This document shows, piece after piece, positions 1 through 12,805 of a DNA stretch of 64,000 bases. Source of the stretch: Takakia lepidozioides. Lineage: Eukaryota > Plantae > Bryophyta. The stretch spans positions 33,604,001 to 33,668,000 of the forward strand of contig CM060731.1 of the NCBI GenBank assembly GCA_030704615.1, read 5' to 3'. The notes under the pieces were generated by a model that saw nothing but the letters and a program-made list of their open reading frames with translations, did no database searches and was not told the origin of the DNA. The position numbers and the translations under genes are program-made. The number at the start of each line of letters is the position of its first letter. Position 1 is the stretch's first letter.

Positions 1-149
1 CTCCTCATCCAGTCCTCCTCTCCAGTCATACTCTCTGACTCCTCGAGGTCTTCTTGTAGCAGGTAATCTACTAGATTTCTTTGTGGTAATTTGTATCTCG
101 TGTATCCCATTATGCACGGTTAGTAACTGAGAATTCCAGTCATGGAATA

Positions 150-633
150 CCCTGGCCTGTTTCAGCCACGGACGTCCCAATAATAAGGAGTAAGCCTGAC
201 TTCAGGAACGTATCATAATGAACTCCTCTTATTAATCCCAATGGCTGTACACTTCTTTGATCTGCCATTGTTACTGTAAATGGGGCTGGTTTCATGTTAC
301 TTAGACCAAGCTTCTCCTTAATTGGTCTGTCATGATATTTACTCCAGAACCACCATCTATCAGTACATCAGTTAGTTCTGTGCTTCCAATTCTCAATTGG
401 ATTACTGGCATAGAATCATCAAAGTCCATGACTGTTTCTCGCCCTTCCGGCTTCACATTATAACTGGTCACCTTGCTGTTCAGGTCTGTGTTTCCTGTCT
501 CTTGGGCAATTCGATTGATTGCTTGATACAGCCTGTGCCTACAATAAGGTGCCACAGCTAATAGCTGTCCAATGGTAATTTCTGCTTTGGTCTGACATAT
601 TACTGCAGCCAAAGTCTCTTCATTACTTTGCAT
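150..633 (-). pseudogene. Retroviral-type aspartic protease, interrupted
   Basis: VLIDGGSGVNIM; downstream on the - strand PFTVTMAD and LLGRPWL motifs. Stop at 301-303. Confidence 0.75.
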
Positions 634-881
634 GTCTGCATCTTCTTTTTTTTTTCTTCTTCACTCCCTTCTTTTTCTCCATCCGAATCAGAGGAATCTG
701 CCACAGGAATATCAGTACTCTTTTGCATTTCCCTTATAGTATCTGCCACTTCCTTGTGCAGTTCCTTCTCATCTTTCCAAGTCTCTTCATCTTCAGGCAT
801 ATCATTGCCACTTCCAGTCTCATCTTCTTCCTCTTACTGGAGGTATTAGTTTGGCTTTACTTCTTGTTACTATCATTGTAC

Positions 882-2195
882 TTACTTCTGTACAACACAT
901 GGCCTAACCATGTGAGCTGCCACCACTGGGCCCTCATTCACAGGAGCTCTCATCTCATTCTGGTGTCTTATCCAGAATGAACAGGCTGCCTTGCGATGTC
1001 CTGGCTGATTACAATAGTAACATAGCTCTTCACCATTGGGTCCTCGCCCTTGGTCTGTTCTTGGATTATTTCTATAATCCTGATTCCCGGGCTGGTAATT
1101 CCCCCTTGGATTACCCTGATAGTTGCCTCTGGAATTTCCTTGGTAATTCCCTCTTGAATTACCTCTCCCTTCCATGCCATTGTTATAACCACCAGACCTA
1201 CCATAGTGGTCCTGATCATTGTTTCTTCTTGGCTGGGGCTGCACCTGATGCACCCTTACTTGCCTAGGTTCTCTTGCAGCTGTCCTTCTGTTGTAGTAAC
1301 AATTCTCAGTAGAATGGTTATCCATTTTACAGATAGTACAGTGTTTCTCCTTCATGTGGCATTCTGTGGTGGTATGGCCTTCATTCTGGCACTTTGCACA
1401 CCATACACCCTTCCTCCAATGTGTTGCAGCCTCTGTGGCATACTTCTTCAAGATTTCTTCCAATTTTTTTCATAGTTATCCCTCTTCAACTTCTCCTTTC
1501 TCTTACTCTTTCTTTTTAGTTCTTGCTCTTCTTCTTCATCTGACTCATCCTCAGAGTCCTCATCTTCCTTTTTCTCTCTCCTGAGCATTCCCAATTGCTC
1601 AATTCTGTTTGCAGTTTCAAATGCCTCCTCCACTGTATTATGGGGTAACATATCCACTTTCTTTTGCAACTCTGGTCTTAGTCCACTCACAAACCAAGTC
1701 TTCTGTAAACCGGGCGCTGGTACTGCAGCCAGCTTTTTCATCATCAATTCCATCTTCTCCATATACTCTTCAACAGTTTCATGCTTCTTCTGCTTCAGCT
1801 GTTGTAAACTTCCATACACTTCATCCTCAGTTTTACTTGTCCTGAACCTATTTCGAAATGCTGTATTCAAGCCATTCCAGGTTAGGAAATGATTATCAGG
1901 GAATCTTGCATACCATTCACTTGCTTTCTTGATAAGTGAACAAGGAAACAGTCTCATCTTGGCATCATCGCCATTCTCATTGTTCACTATACACATGCTC
2001 AAATTGGCTAATGTGTACATCGGGATCCCCTTTTCCTGAATATATTGGAAAGGGTGGTTTTGCCCGTGTTGGTTGTAACGCCATCTGTGGCCCTACCTTC
2101 TGCCCACTGACAGGTGCTGGCACCCTTGCTGGTGCTGGTCCTTCTGGACCTGTTGTTTTTGTGGTGGATCTTCCACCAAGTGGGCCCTTGAGCAC
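882..2195 (-). pseudogene. gag: Retrotransposon gag (capsid plus three CCHC zinc knuckles), frameshifted
   Basis: CAKCQNEGHTTTEC, CTICKMDNHSTENC and CYYCNQPGHRKAAC. FPIYSGKGDPDVHISQFE lies in an adjacent frame. Confidence 0.8.
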
Positions 2196-4129
2196 TCCTT
2201 GCTTCTGGCCCCACGATATTCACAGTATTCCCAGCTTCAGTTGCACTACTTCCCACACTCCCTGTCCCCCCAGAGCCAGATCCAGGCAGCCCGCCTGATC
2301 CCCCTGAGCCGACACCTTCGTTGGCCTGTGATCCAAGTGCTCCACTTGATCCAGGTCCAACGGGTTGGGATGTCCTGGTTGTAGTCTCAACCTCAGCTGT
2401 TGGGTCTACTTCTTCATATTCTTCCTCTCTCTTTCTTCTCTCTGTTTTCATCCTCCAAGTTCTGCCCTTGGGTTTCTTCTTCACTCATGTAACTCAACTG
2501 TAATGGTGTTGGAGAGTCTGAACTCTCCGTTGGCTCTGCCACATCCTCTTCTCCTTCTTCACCTTCTGCTTCAGAAACTGGAGTTCCTGCTTTTGGTGTT
2601 CCATGCCAACTCTTATCAAAGATTCTGTCAAGTCTTTTATCCAAGGATGTACCTCAGATCTTTCACCTCGTGATTGATCTTCTTCCTGTACCAATTCCCT
2701 TAATCTTTCTTGCAAAGAAACAGAAGGAGTGGCATCCAACTCTAGTTCTTCCGGTATAGGTGATGCACTCTTTGATCTTATGGTGTGAGAGGTCCAGATG
2801 ATTCCCCTATGTCTATTCCTCTCTCCCAAAGATATGGATAATTAGCTTTCAGATAGCTTTCTCTTTTTGCTGAATATCTCTGTCGTCTAGCTTCTCTTTC
2901 ATCACTCATGTCCCATGTCTTTCATTTCTTTTAATGTGGCAATAACCAAAACTCTCTTCTGTAATATCTCTCGTATATGCCTGGGTTTCTTTCAAGCTTC
3001 AATGCACCCTTGGCTATACTTGAAGTCTCCGTTACCATATAACCATATGGCAAACAAGTCTGAAAAGCTGTTCTTGGTGTGAGTTTGATCCACAAAATAT
3101 CCTTTGGAATCCAATTCTTTACCAGTACAAGCTCTTCATGCATATGAGTATAAACATTCACCTTTCTTTCTTCCCAGCCTTCAAACTCTACTCGTTTAAT
3201 GGATAGCAATGCTATCACATAAACCAATGTTGGTAACCAACGTGCTCTTCCTCTACAGGCTACCTGATAAATCTTTATCACTCCTTTCTCCAGACCCCAT
3301 TCTGGATCAGCATCATGCACTCGTTTAAGAATATTTTCTTTACAACCGTCTGGCAATTCCAAGAACCTTTGAAAGAATTGTTTGGACAATCTTTCTTCCT
3401 TCGTTCCACAGGGAATTTGATTCACTTCAAATTCTTTAATGGTCCAACCACCATGATCCCACCAGATGCCTGTCACATCTGGTTGTTCATGTCCCAGGTC
3501 CCCAGTATGGTCGCCAAATGTCGCGCGGCTTTTACTCACCCATCCCTTCGCTATCCGAGGCGGAAACTCCAAGATAGAAGTTGGAAATCTCTAAGTACTC
3601 AGCCCGCGCAGAACAATCAGTCATGACCTACAGCTAGTGTATCATGGGGGTGTTTCCTATTTGTTTCCTTTCCGCATTCATCTTAGCTACTACCATTGAT
3701 AATTAAGTATCAGTTTGCTTCATCAATCTATCGGTTTCCATCACTCATCCATTCAATCCACAGCTTCACTCAGATCTCTCTACACAGTGTGATTGTATCG
3801 TATAAGTATCAGATTATGATTTATCAGGTATCAGGCCGAAGCCATTGTGTCTCTAATCTGCTCTACAATATCACTACAGCTTTGCATATAACAAGCATCT
3901 ACTAATCCTCTTCCTCCTTCACCGTGCTCTCCATCTTCGATCTCCGCTCCCGCCTCACTAAGAAGTCCTCCTCCGAATGATCCCTCCCCCCGTCCCCCTT
4001 TATCTTCCTCCGCGTTTCTAACCGTTTCCCTCACTAACCGTCGTCTGTGAACTAACATGTTCCCTTCGCAGGTGTTGTTCCCCACAGTCGTTCCCTGTCC
4101 TACTCTTCGTTCCCTATGATCGTGACAGC

Positions 4130-4345
4130 AAGCTGTGACTGGCTGTGTGAAACTGTGACGGGCTGTGACTGGCTGTGTTTGGCTGTGTCGGGCTGTGACT
4201 GGCTGTGCGACTGTGTTTGGCTGTGTCGGGCTGTGACTGGCTGTGTGGGCTGTGTGGGCTGTGTCGGGCTGTGACCTGTGTGGCTGTGACGCTGTGACGA
4301 CTGTGACGGCTGTGACGGGCTGTGTTGGCTGTGTCGGCTGTGTAA
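4130..4345. repeat. Degenerate 9-10 bp tandem repeat (GGCTGTG core) in the retroelement leader
   Basis: Visible run of ggctgtgact / ggctgtgtcg / ggctgtgtt units. Confidence 0.9.
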
Positions 4346-5109
4346 CCCCCCTCTACAGTGCGCTGCTGTCACCCCTAAGGCTCCTGTTGGTCTCAGTCTG
4401 TGCAAAAATTAAGGGTACCCTACAGATCCCGTATAAGTGTCTAAGTCCCCGACAGTCCTCTAACACACCGTGGCTACTACCATGCATATGTACCCAAACA
4501 CCATGCTCATGCCCCGCTCGACTTTGCCCGGATATACTCCTCGTCCAAGGTCTACCTATCAACACTTCACCCCCTACCTCACCATCCCCACACCTCACCA
4601 TCCATTTTATTGAATTCACATTTTGCCATGATCATTATCCAAATGATTCAATCTTAGAAAAACGGCAAAAATATACTCCGCTTATCCTTGCACTCCGAAG
4701 GCGTGTCTGGAATACCGACCTGTTAACTGTCATCACAGCCGGCACTCGAGGTGATATTCATAACGCCAGTATCACGGACATACACGATAACTTCCAAATT
4801 CCCATTCTTCCCATCCACAAATGTTTCAAAGAAATCCATCTCACGACACTCCGTTCACTCACAGCTATTATCACCAACAAACGTCAACTGGAATCCGGCA
4901 CTTCAAACGCACCTTAGGTCCCCCAGGATACCCCTGGGTACCTAGGGGTACCCTCGCCCCCTCTATTTTTAGCGGTCACCTGGTGTCCCTCTGGACACTT
5001 TTTGTTATAGGGCCCACCCCCGAAAGGGGGTAGTAGCCGCAAGGCGAAGTGGCTCTTAGTTACGCCGGCCTCGGCCGGAGTCTTCTCTCACTCTCTCTGC
5101 TCGAGGATG

Positions 5110-7960
5110 ATGACCATAATTGGAGAAAAATGGAGTTTACTTGGTCGAAGAATGTATAGTGTTGTTGTAGGCAAACTCAGCCAATGACATAAGGTCCGTC
5201 CAATTATCTTGGTGATAATTTATCGTACAGCGAAGATACTGCTCCAAAATCTGGTTTACACGTTCGGTTTGACCATCAGTCTGTGGATGATTAGCTGTAG
5301 AGAGGTTGATCTTAGTATCCAATATGTGAAATAATCCCCCCCAGAAATTTGATATGAACTGTGGTCCTCGATCAGATACGATATCCTTCGGTAGTCCATG
5401 AATGCGGTAGATATTATTGAGGAAGAGTCTTGCAGTTTCCTCGCTGGTAACCATCTTATTACATGGAATGAAATGTGTCATCTTTGTAAAACGATCTACA
5501 ATAACAAGGATTGAATCGGTGGTCTTGGAAATTGGAAGGTCCGTAATAAAGTCCATAGACACGGACGACCATGGACCCTTGGGAATGGGTAATGGTTGAA
5601 GAAGGCCGTAAGGTCGATGTCATGGTCCCTTCGCTCTAGCACACGTGTCGCAAGATTTTATAAATTCTTTCACGAGTTTCCACATCTGTGGCCACCAATA
5701 GTTCCTTGATATCAATTCCATTGTTTTGTTGAAGCCGAAATGTCCTGCAGCCGGAAGATCATGACATGTTTGAAGAATTCGAAGTCGTATAGGTCCTGGA
5801 GGTACATAGAGAAATCATTTGAAATAAAGTAAGTCATCTTTGAATTCGAAGTCGTTTGTAACATGTGGGTTGTCTTGAGGTCGATTTAGTTGACTTCGTA
5901 GTGTCGTGGCAAATTGGTCGCTGTTCAGTGCTCCCTGAATCTCCTTTATGATCTCTACATCGTCATAGGTGAACATGGATAATATATTCACTTGGAGATT
6001 TGCTGGCTTCAAGATGATGGATTTCTGTTGGTCAAAAGCTGTATCCCCTTCTTTTGGCGCAAGATACGATCGTCGAGAAAGAGCATCTGGTTTTCCTTGA
6101 AGATGTCCGGGACGATAGGTAATAACAAAATCAAACCTTGCTAGTGACATACTCCATCTCGCTTGACGTCGATTCAAAACACGAGCACTCATAAAATACT
6201 CGAGGTTTTTGTGATCGGCCACATGAGGTGGAAACGGCGCCAGATGTTTAGCTCCCTCCAATAGATGACGTCACTCCTCAAAAACATCAATAATCGTTAG
6301 AAGTTCTTTGTCATGGATTTCATAATTGATTTCCGCAGCGGAAAATTTGCAAGAACGACAACCAACAAGGTGAAGTCGGCCATCTGTACCGTATTGATAG
6401 AGTACCGCGCCAAGTGCAAAGTCCGATACATCTGCTTCAAAAAAGAATGGTTTAGATGGGTCTGCATGTACCAGTATTGGAGCCGTTTGAATGTCTGCTT
6501 CTGCTTCAGCCTTTCAAATGCTTGGTCAGCCTTCTCGTCCTATACAAATTTGTTCTTCCCTGTGAGTCGTGTCAATGGTGCAGCAATTTTGGAGTAGTCA
6601 TTGATAAAGATTCTATAGAAATTTGCAAATCCTAGAAAACATTGTACATCTCAGACCGAAGTTGGTTTAATCCACTTGATGATGGTTTGTATTTTCTTCT
6701 GATCCATAAGACTCCTTTGTCGGAAATAATGTAGCCCAAAATTTCGACTTCAGATTGGTAGAAAAGACATTTTTTCCAACTTGGCATATAGTCTTTTTTC
6801 CCTCAATTTATCAAGGACAAGGCGTACATGACGACCATGTTCTTCTTTATTTTGTGAAAATATCAAAATATCGTCCAAATAGATGACTACAAAGTCATCT
6901 AAAAATTCTCGAAAAATGTCATTCATCATGCGTTGAAAAATTGCTAAAGCATTTATAAGACCGAAAGGCATAACATTGTATTCGAAATGTCCGTACCTTG
7001 TGCGAAAAGCGGTCTTCCATTCGTTTCCTTCTTTTATTCGTACAAAGTTGTAAGTTCATCTCAAGTCGATCTTTGCGAAAAAATTTGCTCGTCCAAGTTG
7101 TTCGAGGAGTCCGAAAATCAGTGGTAGTGGGTAACTATTTTTTATAGTGACTTTGTTGAGCCCACGATAGTCCACACACATGCGTAACGATCCGTCTTTC
7201 TTCTTCACAAATAAGATAGGTGCTCCAGCGGGTGATTTCGAATGTCGAATGAAATTATTTGACAAATTTTCATCAATGTATTCGTGTAAAGCAACCAGCT
7301 TCGTCTGAGATAAATTGTAGATCGGGCTGAATGGTGGTTGAGCTCTTTTTTGCAACTCAATTGCACAATCATAAGGTCGATGTTCTGGCAACATGTCTGC
7401 ATTTTTCTTCTCGAAAACATCCTTGAAATCTTGATATTGAGTGGGTAATGTCGAAGTATCTTGGTCTGTTGTGGTTTTGATCGGAGTCGCATAAAGTGCA
7501 AATGTCGCGTCTTTCTTCGTAGCTCTCATGAAGGCTCTAGCTCCAAGAAACAGGGGTTGAATACCTTTGGTACTTTTGCATTTTTGTCTTGTCAAAATTT
7601 TTCGTGATCGCCAGTTGATGTCATGATTATGAAATACAAACCAAGGAAGTCCAAGGATCACATGATTCGTTGGAAACTGAATGACATTGAAAACAATCTG
7701 TGATGCTTGATTTTTAAGCTTCACTTTAAGTGGTCGAGTTTCATGGTCAATATTTCCTGATGCTAACGGTTGTCTATCGATGACTTCAACAGGAGCCGAT
7801 AATTTCTTTCTTACAAGCGTTAAATTGTGTTGCTTCGCAAAGTCTTTGTCAATAAACACGCTGAAGCGCCCAAGTCCAAAAGTGCTTCTACGGAAATATC
7901 TCGATTTTGCATCCCGATCTTTACTGGAACTGTGAAACAAGGTACAGGGTCTGGAGGTAG
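5110..7960 (-). pseudogene. pol: pol (protease, RT, RNase H, integrase), fragmented
   Basis: ORF pieces 7820-8005, 7056-8027, 6750-6971, 5815-6261 and 5137-5562 carry the canonical motifs. Confidence 0.9.
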
Positions 7961-8099
7961 AAAGAGACCTTTTTTTGGTGAGGAATTTGGGGTGTCCAGC
8001 CGCATGGTCCCTACTGTGACTGGACATCTTCGTTTTCCGACCTCATCGTATCAAACACTTGAGTTGTGCCTCGAGCTTTGAATCTTCTCTTGTTGGGGC

Positions 8100-9057
8100 A
8101 GTTTAATGCTATATGATCATCTTCTCCGCAATAAAGACATAATCCATTTGAGCGTCATCTTTGTTTTTCTTGTGGCATCAATGACTTGAATCGGACATCA
8201 TCAATCTCCATAGGATCATTACCGGATGTCTGATGGATCGTTGTGTTTGGTGCCGTAGTAGCAGCGGCATGGTGTGTCATCGACCATCCAGATCGCTTCT
8301 CTTGACGTCTTTCGAACAAACGATTATCGCATGCAATGACTTGGGTGATGAATTCGCTCGGTGTACTCACGTTTGACATTGTCAGCAACAAATCTTTTAC
8401 ATCCTCTTTTAGGCCACATCGAAACTAACTAATGAGACTCTTCTCATTCCAGTCGAGGTCGCACGCAAGTTGTCGAAATTCGGCAGCATAAACGGAAGCT
8501 AGTCGTGTTCCTTGTCGAAGATTTTGCATCTTTGTCTCTGCAACTCTCTCTCTATCATTCTCTCCAAACGTTGCAGTGAACTCGGACATGAACGCTTCAA
8601 AATTATATAATAAATGCGAATTTTTCTCTAATAGCGGTGCAAACCAAGATAGAGCAATGCCGGATAGAAGGGTGCCCACAAATCCCACTTGAATACCTTC
8701 ATCAGGGTAGCGTTGTGGATGTAGTCGTAGGAACAATCGTACTTGTTGAATAAAACCGCGAAATCTTGATCTCGTCCCATCAAATTTTTCGGGCATGCTG
8801 ACCTTTGGTTGTCTTGTAAGCTGTTGAAGATTTGAAGGAACCGTTGCAGTAGGATTTGTTGTAGTAAGGACTTGTAAGGTTGAAGATCCATTGTTCGACT
8901 CCTTCAACTCTGAAATTTGTTGTTGCAAATTGTTGAGAGCGTTGCCAAAATCTTGAGACTGATCAGCTTGTAGTTGGGCAATAGAGGCACGAAATTCTTG
9001 CATCTGGAGCTGAAGACTCTGCAATGTGGCGACCATTTCTGCAAATGTGCCTTTCAT
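8100..9057 (-). pseudogene. gag: gag of the Tf1/Tf2-type element
   Basis: ORFs 8425-9057 and 8155-8391 (DPMEID motif), followed by a CCHC knuckle near 8100-8145. Confidence 0.85.
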
Positions 9058-9078
9058 CTTAACTAACTAAGGAACAAA

Positions 9079-9093
9079 CTTTAGTCTCGTCAA
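9079..9093 (-). promoter_or_regulatory. Putative self-priming primer binding site
   Basis: ctttagtctcgtcaa (9079-9093) is a 13/15 inverted match to ttggcgagactgaag (9375-9389), which lies about 20 nt downstream of the LTR TATA on the - strand. Confidence 0.65.
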
Positions 9094-9095
9094 AC

Positions 9096-9746
9096 TGTCA
9101 ATGACGAAAACATGAGTGAACACAAACAAGAGATCAGACTAGAGGTACAAGACTAGGCAAGAAGTCAAGGTCAACGTGGCCGTATGCACAATGAGTAAAT
9201 ATGAATCAAGGCGATTTTTATAACAATGAACAAGGGTACAAGATATTGGAACACGACTTGAATACAGGAATGCTGGAAACTGGATTGGAGTACCAGATAC
9301 TGGAAACTGGGCTAGGGTACTGGGAACCGGACTGGAGTACTGGGGACTGGAAACAAGAGTAGCTTGAACTGGTGTTGGCGAGACTGAAGAGTATCCAGTC
9401 TCGTCTCCTATATATACTGGCTACTAAGAAGCTTCCCTAAGAAGCTTCCCCTAAGGAGGTTTCTTGCTAGAGAAGTTTCCAAGATTAAACAAAGGTTTCT
9501 TGATCGATAAGCTTCCTTAAACAAATGAGGTATCTTGATGGAGAAGTTTCCTCCAAATGAAGCTTCCTCAGCAGTTTCCCAAGTTACTCTTGGTAATTTG
9601 GTAAACTCCCGGTAACTTGGTAAGTAATGGTAAATCATGGTAGATCAAGATAAATTACGGTAAGTCATGGTAACTTTCGGTAACATGGTAATTCGGTAAC
9701 TTCTGGTATTACTCCTGATAAGTTCCTCTGGGCTATGTCCGTGACA
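9096..9746 (-). repeat. 5' LTR (651 bp)
   Basis: TGTCA at 9096 and TGACA ending 9746. TATA-like tatatata at about 9409-9416. Lies immediately upstream of gag. The partner LTR is absent. Confidence 0.75.
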
Positions 9747-12299
9747 GACTACATAGCTTATGATTCATTGTCATGTCCTTCTTCCAGGTGACCAGAAATC
9801 CGTGCTGGATAAATGCCAGGTCTTTTGCTTGCAAAGCAGGGGTTGGGTTTATTTGCAAGTTTTCCAAAATTTATTATTTATTTTTATTTATTTATTTATT
9901 TTCTTTCCCCGAAGGTGCTAGATTAAGGTGGTGTTGACGCCAACTTAATCTGGGTGGTCTTCTAGGCTGGAATTAAGCTTCCGCCAAATTAAAATACACT
10001 TATTTAAACTCAACAACACATGGATCCCTGCGCACATGCTGATCGGTAAGGATACATGTTATTGCAGTCATCCATGGTTCACTCTTCTGGGCAATTTTTC
10101 TTCCGACACTCATCCAACGTTTATCCAATGTTCATCCATTCCCTTTTACGTTCATCACAGATATATTCATCTGTAAGTTTTTCATCGTACATTCGTGCCA
10201 CATTGTCGTCATGGAGGCTGTCTGTCTTCGGTCCGATGGAGAGGAGATTGCGTCCATGCAGTAGAGTTGCGTCCACGGCAATAGGCCCATTTTTTCCTTG
10301 GTTTTAGGATCCACATCACTAACCTGCTCACGCGTACAATCTACTCACACACAAGGGAATCTGCTCACGGGTTTTGCTCATACCTTAGCTGCCCTTAATT
10401 CCGTCAAGCATTCACCCAAATGCATACCCTCCTTGATCCCGCACTGAATACAGACAGGCATGCAAAGTAAAGGAGCAGGGCTCAATGTAGGGGTACCAAA
10501 TGTCCATTAGCAGCTGCACCACTCGTATCTGCCGCTATATCCACGACTTACCACCATCATACAGAATCCTGTCAGGTTCACCCAAATGCACACCCTCCCC
10601 GACATGAACACTGAATACAAACAGACATGCCAAGTAAATGAGTAGGGCGAATGTGGGCGCACCAAATGCCCTGGTAAATACAAGCTCACCGCAATCTGTA
10701 AAGCATCACAAACAAAGAAAACAGAAGAGCTATGGGGGTCTTTGGGCCGCCTGCTCAAACTTCCGGTGACAAACAACGAACAAACCCTGCAACGCACAAA
10801 AGAAGCGCAGAACAATGGAGCCAAAAGGTAAACAACAGTTGCATAAGCTGCCCAGCAATGCGACACATCTAACAACACAAGGTAAACGCGTACATAAAAC
10901 ATGGAGGCCATCGCGAGAGTTCACAACAAAAGAGAAAGTGTGCGAAAGCCCAGCAGGGCATGGACCCTCGCCGCCACTTTGAGAATACAACGGTTTCCAC
11001 ACGGGCGGACAAGCAGCCAACAGACAGGCCCCCCGCCAGCAAGGGCAGTCCGTGTGGTGTACCTCACATGCCACGTCCCTCCGTCAAGGTTACCGGCAGG
11101 CCCAGGGCCACATATTTTTCCTACGCGGCGCATCGTTACTTCGTTCTGCATGGCGTAAATTCGCCCATGTGAGTCTCTTGAAGGGCAACATTTTTCGTCA
11201 GGAACCGTCTTCATCCGCCTAAGTTAAGAATCATTTTTTGTTATGATGTTGAAATGGGGTTCCAATCCGGCTCAAAATGTGTAGAAAACGACAGAGAACG
11301 AGAGAAAGCTCAGGAGAAGTGTACACGGGCATGACTACCAGTAACATCTGGACATAGGTTTTGCCCTCTCCCTGCAAAACTACACGTGATCAGGGTAGTT
11401 GCAGGCTACGGTGGACCAAAAACTGCGTAACATGGCAGTTTCTGAGTGACCTCTATTCATGGTACCTTTTATAGTAAAATCACAACTCAATATTTCATAC
11501 AAGTTTATACGGTCTAAGATTTGTAACTACAATAGAGACATATTCCAATTTGTTTATTATGAAAGTGATAATCTATGAAAGAGCTCTGGACTCTTAAAGT
11601 TGGACTCTTAAAGTTGAATCTTATGGACTGCAGTGTTACACATGAAAAACCATATGGACTAAAAAAACATCATATACACCTAGGTAATAGCAAAAAGAAA
11701 AACACATTAGGGGTGTCATTTTTGAAAGCTACCCAAATGCACTTTTATATGGACTAAAAACATCAAAGAATAAGAGGTATGGACTAATTTATACTAAACA
11801 TTGGGCCCAAACTTGGCATATTTTCCCTAATGTACATCATCCTCATTTAGAGGCTTTTGGGATATCATCATTATTAAAAAGTGTAAAAACTCATAATCTA
11901 GAGGTGCCAAGTTGTATGTGAAAAAAATCCAAAAATCTCTAATTATTAGAAATAAAAAATGTTTTTATTTTTATTTTTCAGAATTTAATACTAAAATTTT
12001 CAATAAAATGTTTTTAGCCTATTTGGTGGGACTATTTATTTAAAAAAAAAGTGTTAAATACATCATATCTGTAATTTAAAATTAAATATTTGAATAAATT
12101 CCCTCAATTTAAGGTACCTATATAAACTTTCACGGAGAGAAAATCTGCCTCTTTTGGACCATCGCACCTCCACACCCTCGAGCTGCCCACCAAATCACCA
12201 TGTTGAGAGCATGTCCTTGGATTCCTGATCCATTCGTCTATCTATTCACATTCACTTCTGCTTCATATGCACATTCTTGCTATAGTAGTCCCCAGTGGA

Positions 12300-12635
12300 A
12301 CATTTCCTAGCACTCAGACCAAGCCATTATGCAGCTGGCTTATTACTGGTCCTCCCTGGTGAGTTACTGATCCATTCCTGATGGTTTGCTTTCTCCCCCT
12401 GACGTGTCCTGACCCTCCGCGATGTCCGGCCCCCGTCTGTTTAAAGTGCCTGCTGCTGACTCATCCCCCACTCAGTCGGTCTCCCATTCCATCTCTTGCT
12501 CATCCTGCAGCATAATTAGGTCATCTTGTAAGGGCAGGTGCACCTTGCAGAAGGCGGCCGGCAGCCCGAGCCAAAATCCACTCGCTGTATGGGACTGTAA
12601 CATTGGTTTGAGGATGGAGGGATTCTCTAAGCCTT
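12300..12635 (-). pseudogene. B3-domain (REM-like) gene fragment
   Basis: NPSILKPMLQSHTASGFWLGLPAAFCKVHLP matches the start of plant single-B3 REM-type domains. Confidence 0.7.
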
Positions 12636-12805
12636 TAGTACAGATGGACTGTCTGTGGGTGCCTACCTTTGGATGGGTACTGTGCTTAATGGCGTGAGCA
12701 ATAACAGACTTACTACTTGATCCTACTCTTCTTGTGTCGATGCGGAAGGAGGGCAAGAAGGAACAGCATTGCTGATAGTTCAAGCTACCACAAGCTTCTC
12801 GAGAA

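Larger units (their letters stand above)
1..5100 (-). mobile_element. Degenerate Ty3/gypsy LTR retrotransposon, 5' portion (LTR remnant, long leader, gag, protease); continues past the window start
   Basis: Gag-like ORF 1448-2020 (RLFPCSLIKKASEWY...FRNRF), CCHC knuckles in 882-1463, aspartic protease motif VLIDGGSGVNIM in 301-633. Frameshifts between ORFs. Candidate LTR edge TGTTAT at 5003. Confidence 0.8.
5101..9746 (-). mobile_element. Ty3/gypsy retrotransposon of Tf1/Tf2 (chromovirus-like) type, 3' truncated within integrase
   Basis: Order LTR-gag-CCHC-PR-RT-RNaseH-INT: PEKFDGTRSRFRGFIQQV; LCLYCGEDDH; ALLDLGAS; [11 protein letters not shown]; VIYLDD; DHKNLEYF; SMDFITDLP...HPQTDGQTERVN. 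Many stops and frameshifts. Confidence 0.92.

Noticed and set aside
4100-4917. ORFs 4243-4917 (+) and 4100-4405 (-)
   Set aside because: They overlap a simple repeat in the retroelement leader and have no recognisable domain.
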